From contig JAWCKR010000001.1 of NCBI GenBank assembly GCA_038851755.1, positions 53,637 to 117,636 of the forward strand: 64,000 bases of DNA, in the 5' to 3' direction. A program made the translations under genes and the position numbers. This DNA comes from Candidatus Hadarchaeales archaeon. GTDB taxonomy: Archaea; Hadarchaeota; Hadarchaeia; Hadarchaeales; WYZ-LMO6. Below, piece after piece: positions 40,594 to 49,792 of this stretch. Each line of letters starts with the position of its first letter. Positions within the stretch are counted from its first letter, which is position 1. The notes beneath the pieces are model-generated. The model was not told where the DNA came from. It searched no databases and was given only the letters and a program-made list of their open reading frames with translations.

Positions 40594-41325
40594 CCTCACC
40601 AGCTCCCTGGCTCTCCCCTTTCCCTTCTCGTAGACCGCTCCCCTCACCAGCACCACCGGGGTACCCTCCCCCGCCTCGCCCATCATCAGAACGGCCGCGG
40701 CCGCCAGGGCATCGGCCTGGGCCAGCACCGTGACCTTCAGCTCCTTCCCGTACAGGTCCCTTCTTCCCCTGAGGTCGAGCAGGGGTTTCATTCCCGCCAC
40801 ACCTATGGCCACGCCCAGGCACCCCGTCCTGAAGGCCCTGCCCTGGGTGTCGGAGATGATCACGGCCACCTCCACTCCCAGTTCCTCCCTGATCCTCCTC
40901 CTGATCTTCTCGGCGCTACCGTCGGGGTCCCGTGGGAGGAGGGTCACATGGTCCTTCTCCACGTTGGAGTGATCCACCCCGGCGTTGGCGCACACGAAGC
41001 CGTGCTCCGTTCTTGTGATGAGCACGTGAGAGGACCTCAGGATTTCCCTGGCCTCCCTGAGGATCACCTCCACCTCCCTGGCGTCCTTCTCCAGACGCGA
41101 GGCCAGCCTCTTCGCCGCTTCTGAGGGCCTGATCCTTCTGAGGTCCACGACCGCACCCTCCGCCTTGGAGACTATGGACTGGGCAACCACGAGCACGTCC
41201 CCGGATTGGAGGGAGAGCCCCTGGGAGCGAAGGGCCTTCACCACCAGCTCCCCTATGTCGTCCCCCTTCTTCACCATGGGAAAACCGGGGAGGGGGATCA
41301 CCTCCATCCTGGAGAGTTCGGGCAT
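40567..41325 (-). CDS. cofE: Coenzyme F420-0:L-glutamate ligase CofE (paralogue 1)
   Basis: ...MEVIPLPGFPMVKKGDDIGELV...SKAEG...ANAGVDHSN... typical CofE. ATG at 41325 (MPELSRMEV...) lies ~26.5 nt from the centre of the palindromic TATA at 41343-60 (leaderless geometry). The track start is GTG 41343 inside the palindrome. Confidence 0.85.
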   Translation of the reverse strand: MPELSRMEVIPLPGFPMVKKGDDIGELVVKALRSQGLSLQSGDVLVVAQSIVSKAEGAVVDLRRIRPSEAAKRLASRLEKDAREVEVILREAREILRSSHVLITRTEHGFVCANAGVDHSNVEKDHVTLLPRDPDGSAEKIRRRIREELGVEVAVIISDTQGRAFRTGCLGVAIGVAGMKPLLDLRGRRDLYGKELKVTVLAQADALAAAAVLMMGEAGEGTPVVLVRGAVYEKGKGRARELVRSREKDLFS

Positions 41326-41342
41326 CCTAGCAGTTTCCCACA

Positions 41343-41360
41343 CCGGGATTTTATACCCGG
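41343..41360. promoter_or_regulatory. Palindromic TATA element CCGGG-ATTTTATA-CCCGG shared by the two divergent cofE paralogues
   Basis: 5-bp perfect inverted arms around an 8-bp A/T box. Centre is 26.5 nt from the minus-strand cofE ATG (41325) and ~56 nt from the plus-strand cofE GTG (41408). Confidence 0.45.
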
Positions 41361-41407
41361 CTTAGAACCCGAACACCTTCATAAGGGGGGAGAACCACTT
41401 CTCACCC

Positions 41408-42175
41408 GTGGAAGTGAGGCTGATAGGCATCAGGACACCCCTGGTGAGGCCGGGGGACCATCTCCCCAGCCTGCTCCTGAAGACCCTGAGGAAGGCGGGG
41501 GGGCTGAGGAACGGCGACATCCTGGTCCTCTCCTCCAAGGTGGTGGCCGTCTCCCAGGGAAGGATGGTGAAGCTCTCGGAAGTCAGGCCCAGCGCCAGAG
41601 CCCTGCGCCTCTCCAGGAAGGCCGGCCTGGACCCCTCCTTCGTGGAAGTGGTGCTGAGGGAGGCTGACGCGGTGCTCGGAGTCTCCAGGGGGGCCCTCCT
41701 CACCCTGGTGAAGGGTCTCCTCTGCGCCAACGCGGGGGCGGACCTCTCCAACGCCCCACCCGGTTACGCCATCCTCCTCCCCTCCGAACCGCAGCGGTTC
41801 GCGGAGGGGCTGAGGGAATACCTCAGGAAAGAGGAGGGGGTGGAGGTGGGAATAGTCCTCTCCGACAGCACGGTGCGACCCCTCAGGCTGGGAACGGTGG
41901 GGCAGGCGGTGGGAATCTCCGGGGTGCCGGGGGCTCTCGACTGCCGGGGAAGGCGTGACCTCTTCGGCAGGAGGCTGAGGGTGACGAGAAGGGCCATCGC
42001 CGATCAGCTGGCCACGGCCGGTGAACTCCTGATGGGGGAGGCGGGGGAGAGGATTCCCCTAGTGGTGGTGAGGGGCCTCAGGATAAGGGGCAAAGGTGTG
42101 GGCACTCCTGCAGTGAAACCGGAGGAGTGTCTTTACTCCCAGCTGCTGGCGGGGAAGATCAGGAGGAGCGGCTGA
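41408..42175 (+). CDS. cofE: Coenzyme F420-0:L-glutamate ligase CofE (paralogue 2)
   Basis: MEVRLIGIRTPLVRPGDHLPSLLL...SSKVVAVSQG...CANAGADLSN... is a second full-length CofE. GTG is the first in-frame start after an upstream TAG. Confidence 0.85.
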   Translation: MEVRLIGIRTPLVRPGDHLPSLLLKTLRKAGGLRNGDILVLSSKVVAVSQGRMVKLSEVRPSARALRLSRKAGLDPSFVEVVLREADAVLGVSRGALLTLVKGLLCANAGADLSNAPPGYAILLPSEPQRFAEGLREYLRKEEGVEVGIVLSDSTVRPLRLGTVGQAVGISGVPGALDCRGRRDLFGRRLRVTRRAIADQLATAGELLMGEAGERIPLVVVRGLRIRGKGVGTPAVKPEECLYSQLLAGKIRRSG

Positions 42176-42935
42176 GGGGCTTCAGCTCAACGCCCCTCCT
42201 GTCGGAATGTACCTCAAAGCAAACCTCTTCCAGCAGGGTCCCGGAGAGCTTCTCGCACACCATCAGTTCCCTCCCTCCCGGGGAGGGCTCCTTGCGGAAG
42301 CTTATGATTCCGTCCGCCTTGGAGAGGATGTTGGCCTCGAAGGAGGGGTCCAGGGTCCCGGGAATGAGGGGGGCTATTATGGTAAAGCCCCACTTCCTGC
42401 AGGCCTCGCTTAGCTCCTCCAGGAAGGCCAGGAACTCCACCTTCTCCTCCTCGGAGAAGAAGAGGGCGAAGTCGTTGAGGGGGAAGAAGATCAGGACGGA
42501 GTTGGAGGCCTCCCTCTCCAGGAACTTCGAGAGGTCGGAGAAGATCTTGGACTTGGCATCCCTCACCACCTTCCCATCCGTCTGCTTGAGCCACCTGGCC
42601 AGGTCCACGAAGGACTCGGGGAGTTCCCAGAAGGAGCGGAAGAAGACCTTATGGGAGAACGCCTTGCAGAAGTCCTCCGAGAACTTCCCCCCCACATCCT
42701 GCAGCACGCTCTCCTTGCTGGTGGTGAGGGTGAGATACCAGACACGCTCGGGAAGGACCTGGTTCTCGCGCAGCTTGGAACCGTTGAGTTTCGCCAGCCT
42801 CACGGAGAGGGTGTGGAGAAAGTCCTCCTTCCTGGTCCCTGGTGGCCCCACCAGCACGACCATGGCGCCCACGGGAAGCCCGCCTTGACAGACTTTATCT
42901 AGGGGCTCAAAACCAGTGGGGATCCGGAGGATCAT
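42159..42935 (-). CDS. KaiC/RadA-like RecA-superfamily ATPase domain protein with degenerate Walker A
   Basis: MILRIPTGFEPLDKVCQGGLPVGAMVVLVGPPGTRKEDFLHTL... ; the P-loop reads GPPGTRKE instead of GxxxxGK[ST]. ATG at 42935 is preceded by a purine-rich leader (aaaggaaagaaagtgaaaggaaatgga) and an A/T box (ttataatttaaaa) ~31 nt upstream. Confidence 0.7.
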   Translation of the reverse strand: MILRIPTGFEPLDKVCQGGLPVGAMVVLVGPPGTRKEDFLHTLSVRLAKLNGSKLRENQVLPERVWYLTLTTSKESVLQDVGGKFSEDFCKAFSHKVFFRSFWELPESFVDLARWLKQTDGKVVRDAKSKIFSDLSKFLEREASNSVLIFFPLNDFALFFSEEEKVEFLAFLEELSEACRKWGFTIIAPLIPGTLDPSFEANILSKADGIISFRKEPSPGGRELMVCEKLSGTLLEEVCFEVHSDRRGVELKPLSRSS

Positions 42936-43068
42936 TCCATTTCCTTTCACTTTCTTTCCTTTTAAATTATAACACCCTTGCTGTACTATATCCAATCTTG
43001 GAATATCTCTAACTTAAAAATCCTCCACAAAGGTTTATGCCGGACCCTCCCACTTCTCCAGAGGCCCC

Positions 43069-44316
43069 ATGGAGACCCTCAAGTGGTTCACCCTGCTCGT
43101 CCTCCTGGGATGCTACTCGCTGGTGATCTCCCGCAGGACCAGAATTTCCCTGGTCTCCCTCTCCTCCGCCCTCCTCCTCCTGGTGGTGGGGGCCCTGAGC
43201 CCCCGAGAAGCCGCGGACTCCGTAAGATGGGGCGTCCTGGGCCTCTACTGGGGCTTCCTCCTCCTCTCCCTTCTCTTCTCGGAGAGCGGACTGCCCTCCG
43301 TGCTGGCCCACCGCCTCCTCAGGACCTCCGGGAGCGAGGGGAGGGCCCTCCTCCTCCTCTGCGGCCTCACCGCCCTCTTCTCCGCCTTTCTGGAGAACGT
43401 GGGGGTGGTCCTCATGATGGCCCCCATAGCGCTGGAGCTGGCGAGGAAGACCCGCTCCTCTCCCTTCCTCCCCCTCATCTCCGTGGCCCTCTCCTCCAAC
43501 ATGGTGACCACCGTGAGCATGGTCGCCGATCCCCCCTCCATCATCCTGGCCTCGGAGACCGGCATGCACTTCGCGGACTTTTACTGGTTCAAGGGCAGGC
43601 CCGGCCTGGGCACCCTCTCGGTGGTCGGGGTGCTGGCCGGTCTCCTCACCCACTATTTCCTCCACCTCAGGAAGAGAGGCGAACCCGTGAGAGTGAGGGA
43701 GGAAAAGAAGAAGGTGGACTACTCCCCCCTCCTCCTCTTCCTGGCGGGCATCCTCCTCCTCTGCCTGGACCCCTACCTGGGGATAGGTCCTGGCGTCATA
43801 GGGATGGGGGTGGGAGCGGGCTCCCTCCTGCTGGGCTGGAGAAGGGCCGGCAGAATCCTCAGGGAGTTCGACTGGGATTCCCTTCTCTTCCTGGTGGGCA
43901 TCTTCGTGGTGATAGGGGCCGCCCAGAACGTGGGGCTCCTGGGGGACCTGGCCAGGGGTCTCAGGGATCTCAGGCTCGGTCCGGCCTTCACCCTCCTCCT
44001 GCTCACCTACCTCTCCGTGGCCCTCTCCTCTTTCATGGACAATGTCCCCCTCACCGTGCTGATGCTCCCCGTCTGCGCGGACCTGGGAGCTTCCCTGGGC
44101 ATGAGTCCTCTCCCCCTGATGTACGGGGTGTTGATGGGGACGGGGATAGGGGGGAATATCACTCCGGTGGGGGCCACCGCCAACGTCTTCGCCTGCAGGA
44201 TGCTGGAGAAAAGGGGCTACAGGATAAGGCTGAAGGAGTACCTGAAGCTCAGCCTGCCCCTCTCCCTCGTCTCCGTGTCCGTCTCCTATCTCCTCCTGCA
44301 GCTTTTCTGGATGTAG
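43069..44316 (+). CDS. Polytopic membrane permease, ArsB/NhaD (ion-transporter) superfamily
   Basis: 415 aa, ~10-12 hydrophobic helices with an internal repeat architecture (halves 1-190 / 230-415) typical of ArsB/NhaD/CitMHS-type anion permeases. Confidence 0.7.
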   Translation: METLKWFTLLVLLGCYSLVISRRTRISLVSLSSALLLLVVGALSPREAADSVRWGVLGLYWGFLLLSLLFSESGLPSVLAHRLLRTSGSEGRALLLLCGLTALFSAFLENVGVVLMMAPIALELARKTRSSPFLPLISVALSSNMVTTVSMVADPPSIILASETGMHFADFYWFKGRPGLGTLSVVGVLAGLLTHYFLHLRKRGEPVRVREEKKKVDYSPLLLFLAGILLLCLDPYLGIGPGVIGMGVGAGSLLLGWRRAGRILREFDWDSLLFLVGIFVVIGAAQNVGLLGDLARGLRDLRLGPAFTLLLLTYLSVALSSFMDNVPLTVLMLPVCADLGASLGMSPLPLMYGVLMGTGIGGNITPVGATANVFACRMLEKRGYRIRLKEYLKLSLPLSLVSVSVSYLLLQLFWM

Positions 44317-44355
44317 CCAGGAAACCGATTTAGGCGGACGGACAGAGAGAATAAG

Positions 44356-45804
44356 ATGACCGTGAAGCTCAGGAGGATAGACGAGGTCAGGTGGGAGATC
44401 CCGCAGGACTACAAGCCCCACATGAGCGTTCCCGCCCGCATCTACGCGGACGAAGAGATGATAAGGGAGATGGGAAAGGACCTGACGCTCGAGCAGGCGG
44501 CCAATGTCTCCTCCCTCCGCGGGATCTACAGGTACAGCATCACCCTCCCCGACGGACACCAGGGCTACGGTTTTCCCATCGGTGGTGTGGCTGCCACCGA
44601 CGCCGACACCGGGGTGATAAGTCCCGGGGGTGTGGGATACGACATCAACTGTGGAGTCCGGCTGATACGTACCGAACTCCACAAACCGGAGGTGGAGCCC
44701 AAGCTCAAGGAGCTGGTGGAGACCCTCTTCAAGAATGTCCCCTCCGGTCTCGGCAGCACCGGGCACGTGAGGCTCACCCCCTCCGAGCTTGACCAGGTGC
44801 TGGAGAACGGGGCGCTGTGGGCGGTGGAGAACGGCTTCGGCTGGCGCGAGGACCTCGAGCGGCTGGAGGAAGGAGGACGCATGGAAGGCGCGGACCCGCG
44901 GAAGGTGAGCGCCGAGGCCAAGCGTCGGGGCTTCCCCCAGCTCGGCAGCCTGGGAAGCGGGAACCACTTCCTGGAGGTCCAGGTGGTGGACAAGATCTAC
45001 CTCCCGGAGGTGGCCAAGGTCTTCGGTCTGGAGGAGGAGGGTCAGGTCACGGTGATGATCCACACGGGATCCCGTGGCCTGGGGCACCAGGTCTGCTCCG
45101 ACTACCTCAGGACGATGGAGAGGGCGGCCCACCAGTACCGCATCTCCCTTCCCGACAGGGAACTCGTCAACGTCCCCTTCACCTCACCCGAGGGACAGGC
45201 GTACTTCTCCGCCATGAAGGGGGCCGCCAACTTCGCCTGGGCCAACAGGCAGATGATCACCCACTGGGTGAGGCAGAGCTTCGAGCACGTCTTCGGAAGG
45301 GGAGCCGAGGCCCTGGGGCTTCACGTGGTCTACGACGTGGCGCACAACATCGCCAAGCTGGAGGAGCACAGGGTGAACGGGGAAAGGAGGAAGGTGGTGG
45401 TGCACAGGAAGGGTGCCACGAGGGCCTTCGGTCCCGGGCACCCCCAGCTCCCCTCCCCCTACAGGGGGGTGGGCCAGCCCGTCCTCATCCCGGGTGACAT
45501 GGGCACGGCCTCCTACCTGCTGGTGGGTACGGATAAAGCCATGGAAGAGACCTTCGGCTCCACCGCCCACGGAGCGGGGAGGCACCTCTCCAGGACGGCC
45601 GCCCTCAGGCAGTTCAGGGGGGAGGAGATCAGGGGCAGGCTGTGGGAGAGGGGGATCTACGTCAGGGCCGCCAAGCTCTCCGTGGTAGCGGAAGAGGCCC
45701 CGGAGGCCTACAAGAGCGTGGACAAGGTGGTGGAGATCACGCACCGGGCTGGCCTCTCCTTGAAGGTCGCCAGGCTCACCCCCCTGGGAGTGGCCAAGGG
45801 CTGA
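44356..45804 (+). CDS. rtcB: RNA-splicing ligase RtcB (tRNA-splicing / 3'-P RNA ligase)
   Basis: 482 aa with full RtcB signature: ...[10 protein letters not shown]..., ...[13 protein letters not shown]..., ...[10 protein letters not shown]..., metal-ligand His/Cys and the guanylylated His region (...TAHGAGR...). Confidence 0.95.
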   Translation: MTVKLRRIDEVRWEIPQDYKPHMSVPARIYADEEMIREMGKDLTLEQAANVSSLRGIYRYSITLPDGHQGYGFPIGGVAATDADTGVISPGGVGYDINCGVRLIRTELHKPEVEPKLKELVETLFKNVPSGLGSTGHVRLTPSELDQVLENGALWAVENGFGWREDLERLEEGGRMEGADPRKVSAEAKRRGFPQLGSLGSGNHFLEVQVVDKIYLPEVAKVFGLEEEGQVTVMIHTGSRGLGHQVCSDYLRTMERAAHQYRISLPDRELVNVPFTSPEGQAYFSAMKGAANFAWANRQMITHWVRQSFEHVFGRGAEALGLHVVYDVAHNIAKLEEHRVNGERRKVVVHRKGATRAFGPGHPQLPSPYRGVGQPVLIPGDMGTASYLLVGTDKAMEETFGSTAHGAGRHLSRTAALRQFRGEEIRGRLWERGIYVRAAKLSVVAEEAPEAYKSVDKVVEITHRAGLSLKVARLTPLGVAKG

Positions 45805-45806
45805 GG

Positions 45807-46643
45807 ATGAGCTCCCTCTCCGTTCTGCTCCCCTCCTCCCTGGTCTCCGACGGCAGGAGCCAGCTGGAGAAGACCTTCAAGCTCGGGACGGTGGCACGTG
45901 CCCTGGCCATCTTCAGGGTGGAGGAAGTGGTGATCTACCGGGACGGGGACCCCCACGTCAGGGACCACCGAAGGGAGGCCGAGTTCATCAGCACGGTGCT
46001 GAGGTACGCGGAGACCCCCCAGTACCTCAGGAGGCTCCTCTTCCCGAAAAAGGAGGCCCTCAAATACGTGGGAGTCCTTCCTCCCCTCCGCACCCCCCAC
46101 CACCCCCTCCAGGGTGAGAAGAACCAGCCCGGGGCCTTCAGGGAAGCCGCGGTGGTGAGGGCGGAGAGGGGGAGGAGCCTGCTGGAGCTGGGACTGGCGG
46201 AGAAGGGGGTGGCGGAGAGGAGGCTGGAGGAAGGAAGCAGGGTGACCGTGAGGCTGGTGGAGAGGGAAGGGAACCTTTGGAGGGTGGAGGTGGTGCCCAG
46301 GGAGAGCACCGGGGAATACTGGGGGTACCGAGTGCTGGAGAAGGGGGGCCTGGCGGAGGCCGTCAGGCGGTATGAGGCTTACTTTAAAATAGGAACGTCG
46401 AGATACGGTAAAAAACTGGAGGAGCTGAGAAGGAGCCTGAGGGAGATGAAACCCGAACGGATCATGGTGGCCTTCGGAGGCCCTTACGGCGGCCTGCTCT
46501 CCGTGTGCGAGAGGGAGGGCAGGAGAGCGGAGGAACTCTTCCACCTCCTGGTGAACACCCTCCCGGGACAGGGGGCGGCCACGGTGAGGACGGAGGAGGC
46601 CCTGATGGCCACGCTTGCCCTCCTGCGTGCGGAGGTGGAGTGA
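45807..46643 (+). CDS. SPOUT-class (trefoil-knot) putative RNA methyltransferase, DUF171/COG2106-like
   Basis: MSSLSVLLPSSLVSD...LGTVARALAIFRVEEVVIY... and C-terminal knot region ...MVAFGGPYGGL...LVNTLPGQGAATVRTEEAL... ATG at 45807, 2 nt after the rtcB stop. The track ORF from 45642 overlaps rtcB. Confidence 0.6.
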   Translation: MSSLSVLLPSSLVSDGRSQLEKTFKLGTVARALAIFRVEEVVIYRDGDPHVRDHRREAEFISTVLRYAETPQYLRRLLFPKKEALKYVGVLPPLRTPHHPLQGEKNQPGAFREAAVVRAERGRSLLELGLAEKGVAERRLEEGSRVTVRLVEREGNLWRVEVVPRESTGEYWGYRVLEKGGLAEAVRRYEAYFKIGTSRYGKKLEELRRSLREMKPERIMVAFGGPYGGLLSVCEREGRRAEELFHLLVNTLPGQGAATVRTEEALMATLALLRAEVE

Positions 46644-47639
46644 GTGGGAAGGAGAGCACACAGGCCCAGGCGCGGATCCCTTGCCTACTCACCCAGGGTG
46701 AGGGCACCCTCCCCGGTACCGCATATCAGGGCCTGGCCCGAAGTCAAGGAAACGCGCCTGCTGGGCTTCGCGGGCTACAAGGCGGGGATGACCCATGTCT
46801 TCTACGTGGACGACAGGAAGAGCAGCCCCACCTCGGGGAAGGAAATCCTCTCTCCCGCCACCGTCATCGAGGCTCCACCCCTGAGGGTCTGCGGGATAAG
46901 ATTGCTGGGCAAAACCGACCACGGGCTCAGGACGCTCACCGAGGTCTGGGCCGGTGACCTCCCCAAGGAGCTGGGCAGGAAACTGAACCTTCCCAAGGCT
47001 TCCCCGGAGGAGGGAAGGAAGAAGGCGGAGGAACTCGTGAGGGAGGGGAAGGTGGAGGAGGTCAGGGCCCTCGTGTGCACCCAGCCCTGGCTCTGCTCGG
47101 GACCCAAGAAAAAACCGGACGTCTTCGAGGTAGGGGTAGGAGGACCCGACGTGGCCTCAAGGTGGGAGTACTGCAAGAACCTGCTGGGCAAGGAGGTGAA
47201 GGCCTCGGAGGTGTTCAAGCCAGGGGAGTACGTGGACGCCACCGCCATCACGAAGGGCAAGGGGTTCGAGGGACCCGTGAAGAGGTGGGGTGTGAAGATC
47301 CTGCCCAGGAAGACGGACGAGGGAAGGAGGCAGGTGGGTACCCTGGGACCCTGGACCCCCGCCAGGATCATGTGGAGTGTCCCCGCCGCCGGGCAGATGG
47401 GCTATCACCAGAGAACGGAGCTGAACAAGCGCATCCTGAAGATAGGGAAGGGGGAGGAGGTGACTCCTCCGGGAGGGTTCAGGAGGTGGGGACCCGTGAA
47501 GAGCGAGTACCTGCTGGTGGCCGGATCCCTCCCAGGTCCCACCAAGAGACTGGTCCAGCTGAGACCGGCGAGGAGGGCTGAGGGAACCGGGGGCGTCCCC
47601 GTGCTGACCTACATGGCGGGTACGGGTGTGGAGAGATGA
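46644..47639 (+). CDS. rpl3: 50S ribosomal protein L3 (uL3)
   Basis: MGRRAHRPRRGSLAYSPRVRA... typical archaeal uL3 N-terminus. GTG start directly after the upstream TGA, with GGAGGTGGAG upstream. Confidence 0.95.
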   Translation: MGRRAHRPRRGSLAYSPRVRAPSPVPHIRAWPEVKETRLLGFAGYKAGMTHVFYVDDRKSSPTSGKEILSPATVIEAPPLRVCGIRLLGKTDHGLRTLTEVWAGDLPKELGRKLNLPKASPEEGRKKAEELVREGKVEEVRALVCTQPWLCSGPKKKPDVFEVGVGGPDVASRWEYCKNLLGKEVKASEVFKPGEYVDATAITKGKGFEGPVKRWGVKILPRKTDEGRRQVGTLGPWTPARIMWSVPAAGQMGYHQRTELNKRILKIGKGEEVTPPGGFRRWGPVKSEYLLVAGSLPGPTKRLVQLRPARRAEGTGGVPVLTYMAGTGVER

Positions 47640-48412
47640 AAGCTCCCGTTTTCTCCCTCGAGGGAGCGAAGGTGGAAGAGGTGGAGCTCCCCGAGGTCTT
47701 CCAGGAAGAGTACAGGCCCGACCTCATCAGGAGGGCCGTCCTCTCCTCCCAGACCGCCCGCTTGCAACCCAAGGGAGTGGACCCCATGGCCGGAAAGCGC
47801 ACCTCGGCCGAGACCTGGGGGAAGGGATACGGGGTGGCCAGGGTGCGGAGGGTGAAGGGAAGGGGGTCTCCCGCCTCCGGCAGCGGGGCCTTCGCTCCTC
47901 ACACGGTGGGCGGCAGGAGGGCCCATCCACCCCTCCCCCAGAAGGTCCTCCGGGAGAGGATAAACCGGAAGGAAAAGAAGCTGGCCTTCCGCTCCGCGGT
48001 GGCCGCCACGGCCAGGAAGGAACTGGTGAGCTCCCGAGGCCACCTGACGGAGAAGGTCCCCTCCCTTCCCCTGGTGGTGGAGGACGGGCTGGAGGAACTC
48101 TCCGAGACCAAGAGGGTGAAGGAGGTCTTCCAGAAACTGGGGCTCTGGGAGGAGGTGGAGAGGGTCTACCAGCGTGTGAAGATCAGGGCGGGGAGGGGAA
48201 AGATGAGGGGCAGGAGGTACAGGAGCCCCGTGGGGCCCCTGGTGGTGGTCTCCGGGGACAGGGGTATAAAGAAGGGGGCGGGGAACCTTCCTGGGGTGAA
48301 GGTGGTGGAGGTTAGGAACCTGGGGGTGGAGGACCTCGCTCCGGGGGGGATGCCCGCCAGGCTCACCCTCTGGACCCGCTCCGCCCTGCGGCAGCTGGAG
48401 GGCAGGATATGA
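47636..48412 (+). CDS. rpl4: 50S ribosomal protein L4 (uL4)
   Basis: 258 aa; ...GKGYGVARVRRVKGRGSPASGSGAFAPHTVGGRRAHPP... typical uL4. ATGA overlap with rpl3. Confidence 0.95.
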   Translation: MKAPVFSLEGAKVEEVELPEVFQEEYRPDLIRRAVLSSQTARLQPKGVDPMAGKRTSAETWGKGYGVARVRRVKGRGSPASGSGAFAPHTVGGRRAHPPLPQKVLRERINRKEKKLAFRSAVAATARKELVSSRGHLTEKVPSLPLVVEDGLEELSETKRVKEVFQKLGLWEEVERVYQRVKIRAGRGKMRGRRYRSPVGPLVVVSGDRGIKKGAGNLPGVKVVEVRNLGVEDLAPGGMPARLTLWTRSALRQLEGRI

Positions 48413-48672
48413 AGGATCCCCACAAGGTAATCCTGTACCCGCTCGCCACCGAGAAGGCCGTGAGGCTGATAGAGGCGGAGAACAAGCTGACCTTCGTGGT
48501 CTCCCCCGATGCCAACAAGACGGATGTGAAAAGGGCGGTGGAGCTCCTGTACGGGGTGGAGGTGGAAAGCGTGAACGTGGAGCGGGACCGGGAGGGGAAG
48601 AAGCGGGCCTACGTGAAGCTCACCCCAAGATTTATTGCGGATGAAGTGGCATCCAAGCTGGGGGTGATCTGA
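48409..48672 (+). CDS. rpl23: 50S ribosomal protein L23 (uL23)
   Basis: MKDPHKVILYPLATEKAVRLIEAENKLTFVVSPDANKTDVKRAVE... typical uL23. Confidence 0.93.
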   Translation: MKDPHKVILYPLATEKAVRLIEAENKLTFVVSPDANKTDVKRAVELLYGVEVESVNVERDREGKKRAYVKLTPRFIADEVASKLGVI

Positions 48673-49376
48673 TGGGAAAGATCATAAGGGCGCAGAGGAT
48701 CGGGAAGGGCTCCCCCACCTACAGGGCGAAGAGCTGGAGGAGGGTGGGGGAGGTGAGGCTTCCCCCTCCCAAGGCGAGCAGGGGGGTGGTGGTGGACCTC
48801 GTGCACGAGCCCGGCAGGGGATACCCGCTCATGCTGGTGAAGTTCGAGGAGGGCTTCAGGGTGGTGCTGCCCGCCCCTGAGGGCATAAAGGTGGGGGAGG
48901 AAGTGGAGTGCGGCCCCGGGGCCAGCGACAGGCCCGGGAACATCAAGCCCCTGGCGGAGATACCTGAGGGCACCAGGATCTTCAACATCGAGTCCCTGCC
49001 GGGGGACGGGGGAAAGTTCGTCAGGACCTCAGGATCCCACGGTATCCTGGTCGCCAAGGAGGCGGGGAGGGCGATGGTGCAGCTGCCCTCCGGGGAGATA
49101 AAGACCCTGGACCTCAGGTGCAGGGCCGTCATAGGAACGGTCTCCGGAGGGGGGAGGATCGAAAAACCCTTCCTCAAGGCGGGGAAGAGGTATCACGCCA
49201 TGCTGGCCAGGGGGAAACCCTACCCGCGTGTGAAGGGTGTGGCCATGAACGTGGTGGACCATCCCTTCGGAGGGGGGAGGGGAAGGCACGCGGGAAGGCC
49301 CAAGATAGTGTCGAGGAGGGCGCCCCCGGGACAGAAGGTGGGCCTCATCGCCGCCAGAAGGGTGGGCAAGAGGTAG
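48672..49376 (+). CDS. rpl2: 50S ribosomal protein L2 (uL2)
   Basis: ...[13 protein letters not shown]...[19 protein letters not shown]... is the uL2 signature. Confidence 0.95.
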   Translation: MGKIIRAQRIGKGSPTYRAKSWRRVGEVRLPPPKASRGVVVDLVHEPGRGYPLMLVKFEEGFRVVLPAPEGIKVGEEVECGPGASDRPGNIKPLAEIPEGTRIFNIESLPGDGGKFVRTSGSHGILVAKEAGRAMVQLPSGEIKTLDLRCRAVIGTVSGGGRIEKPFLKAGKRYHAMLARGKPYPRVKGVAMNVVDHPFGGGRGRHAGRPKIVSRRAPPGQKVGLIAARRVGKR

Positions 49377-49380
49377 GCGA

Positions 49381-49788
49381 ATGCCCAAGAAGTTCACTTA
49401 CCGCGGGTACACCCTGGAGGAGCTGAAGAAGCTCCCTCTCGAGGACTTCGCCAAGCTCCTTCCCTCCCGCCAGCGCAGGGCCATCCTCAGGCTCGTGCGC
49501 GGGCTCCGCCCGGAGGAGAAGAAGCTCCTCTCGAAGGTGAGGGAAATCTCCAAGAAGGGCGATGGGGAGACCATCATACGCACCCACCTGAGGGAGATGG
49601 TCATCCTCCCCGAGATGGTGGGGTTGAAGTTCGGGGTGCACAATGGAAAGGAGTTCGTGGTGGTGGAGATAAAGCCGGAGATGATCGGGCACCGGCTGGG
49701 GGAGTTCAGCCAGACCAGGAAGAAGGTGACGCACGGGGCCCCGGGCATAGGGGCCACCCGCAGCTCCATGTTCGTGCCCCTGAAGTGA
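49381..49788 (+). CDS. rps19: 30S ribosomal protein S19 (uS19)
   Basis: [18 protein letters not shown]...[30 protein letters not shown]... typical uS19. Confidence 0.95.
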   Translation: MPKKFTYRGYTLEELKKLPLEDFAKLLPSRQRRAILRLVRGLRPEEKKLLSKVREISKKGDGETIIRTHLREMVILPEMVGLKFGVHNGKEFVVVEIKPEMIGHRLGEFSQTRKKVTHGAPGIGATRSSMFVPLK

Positions 49789-49792
49789 TGAG

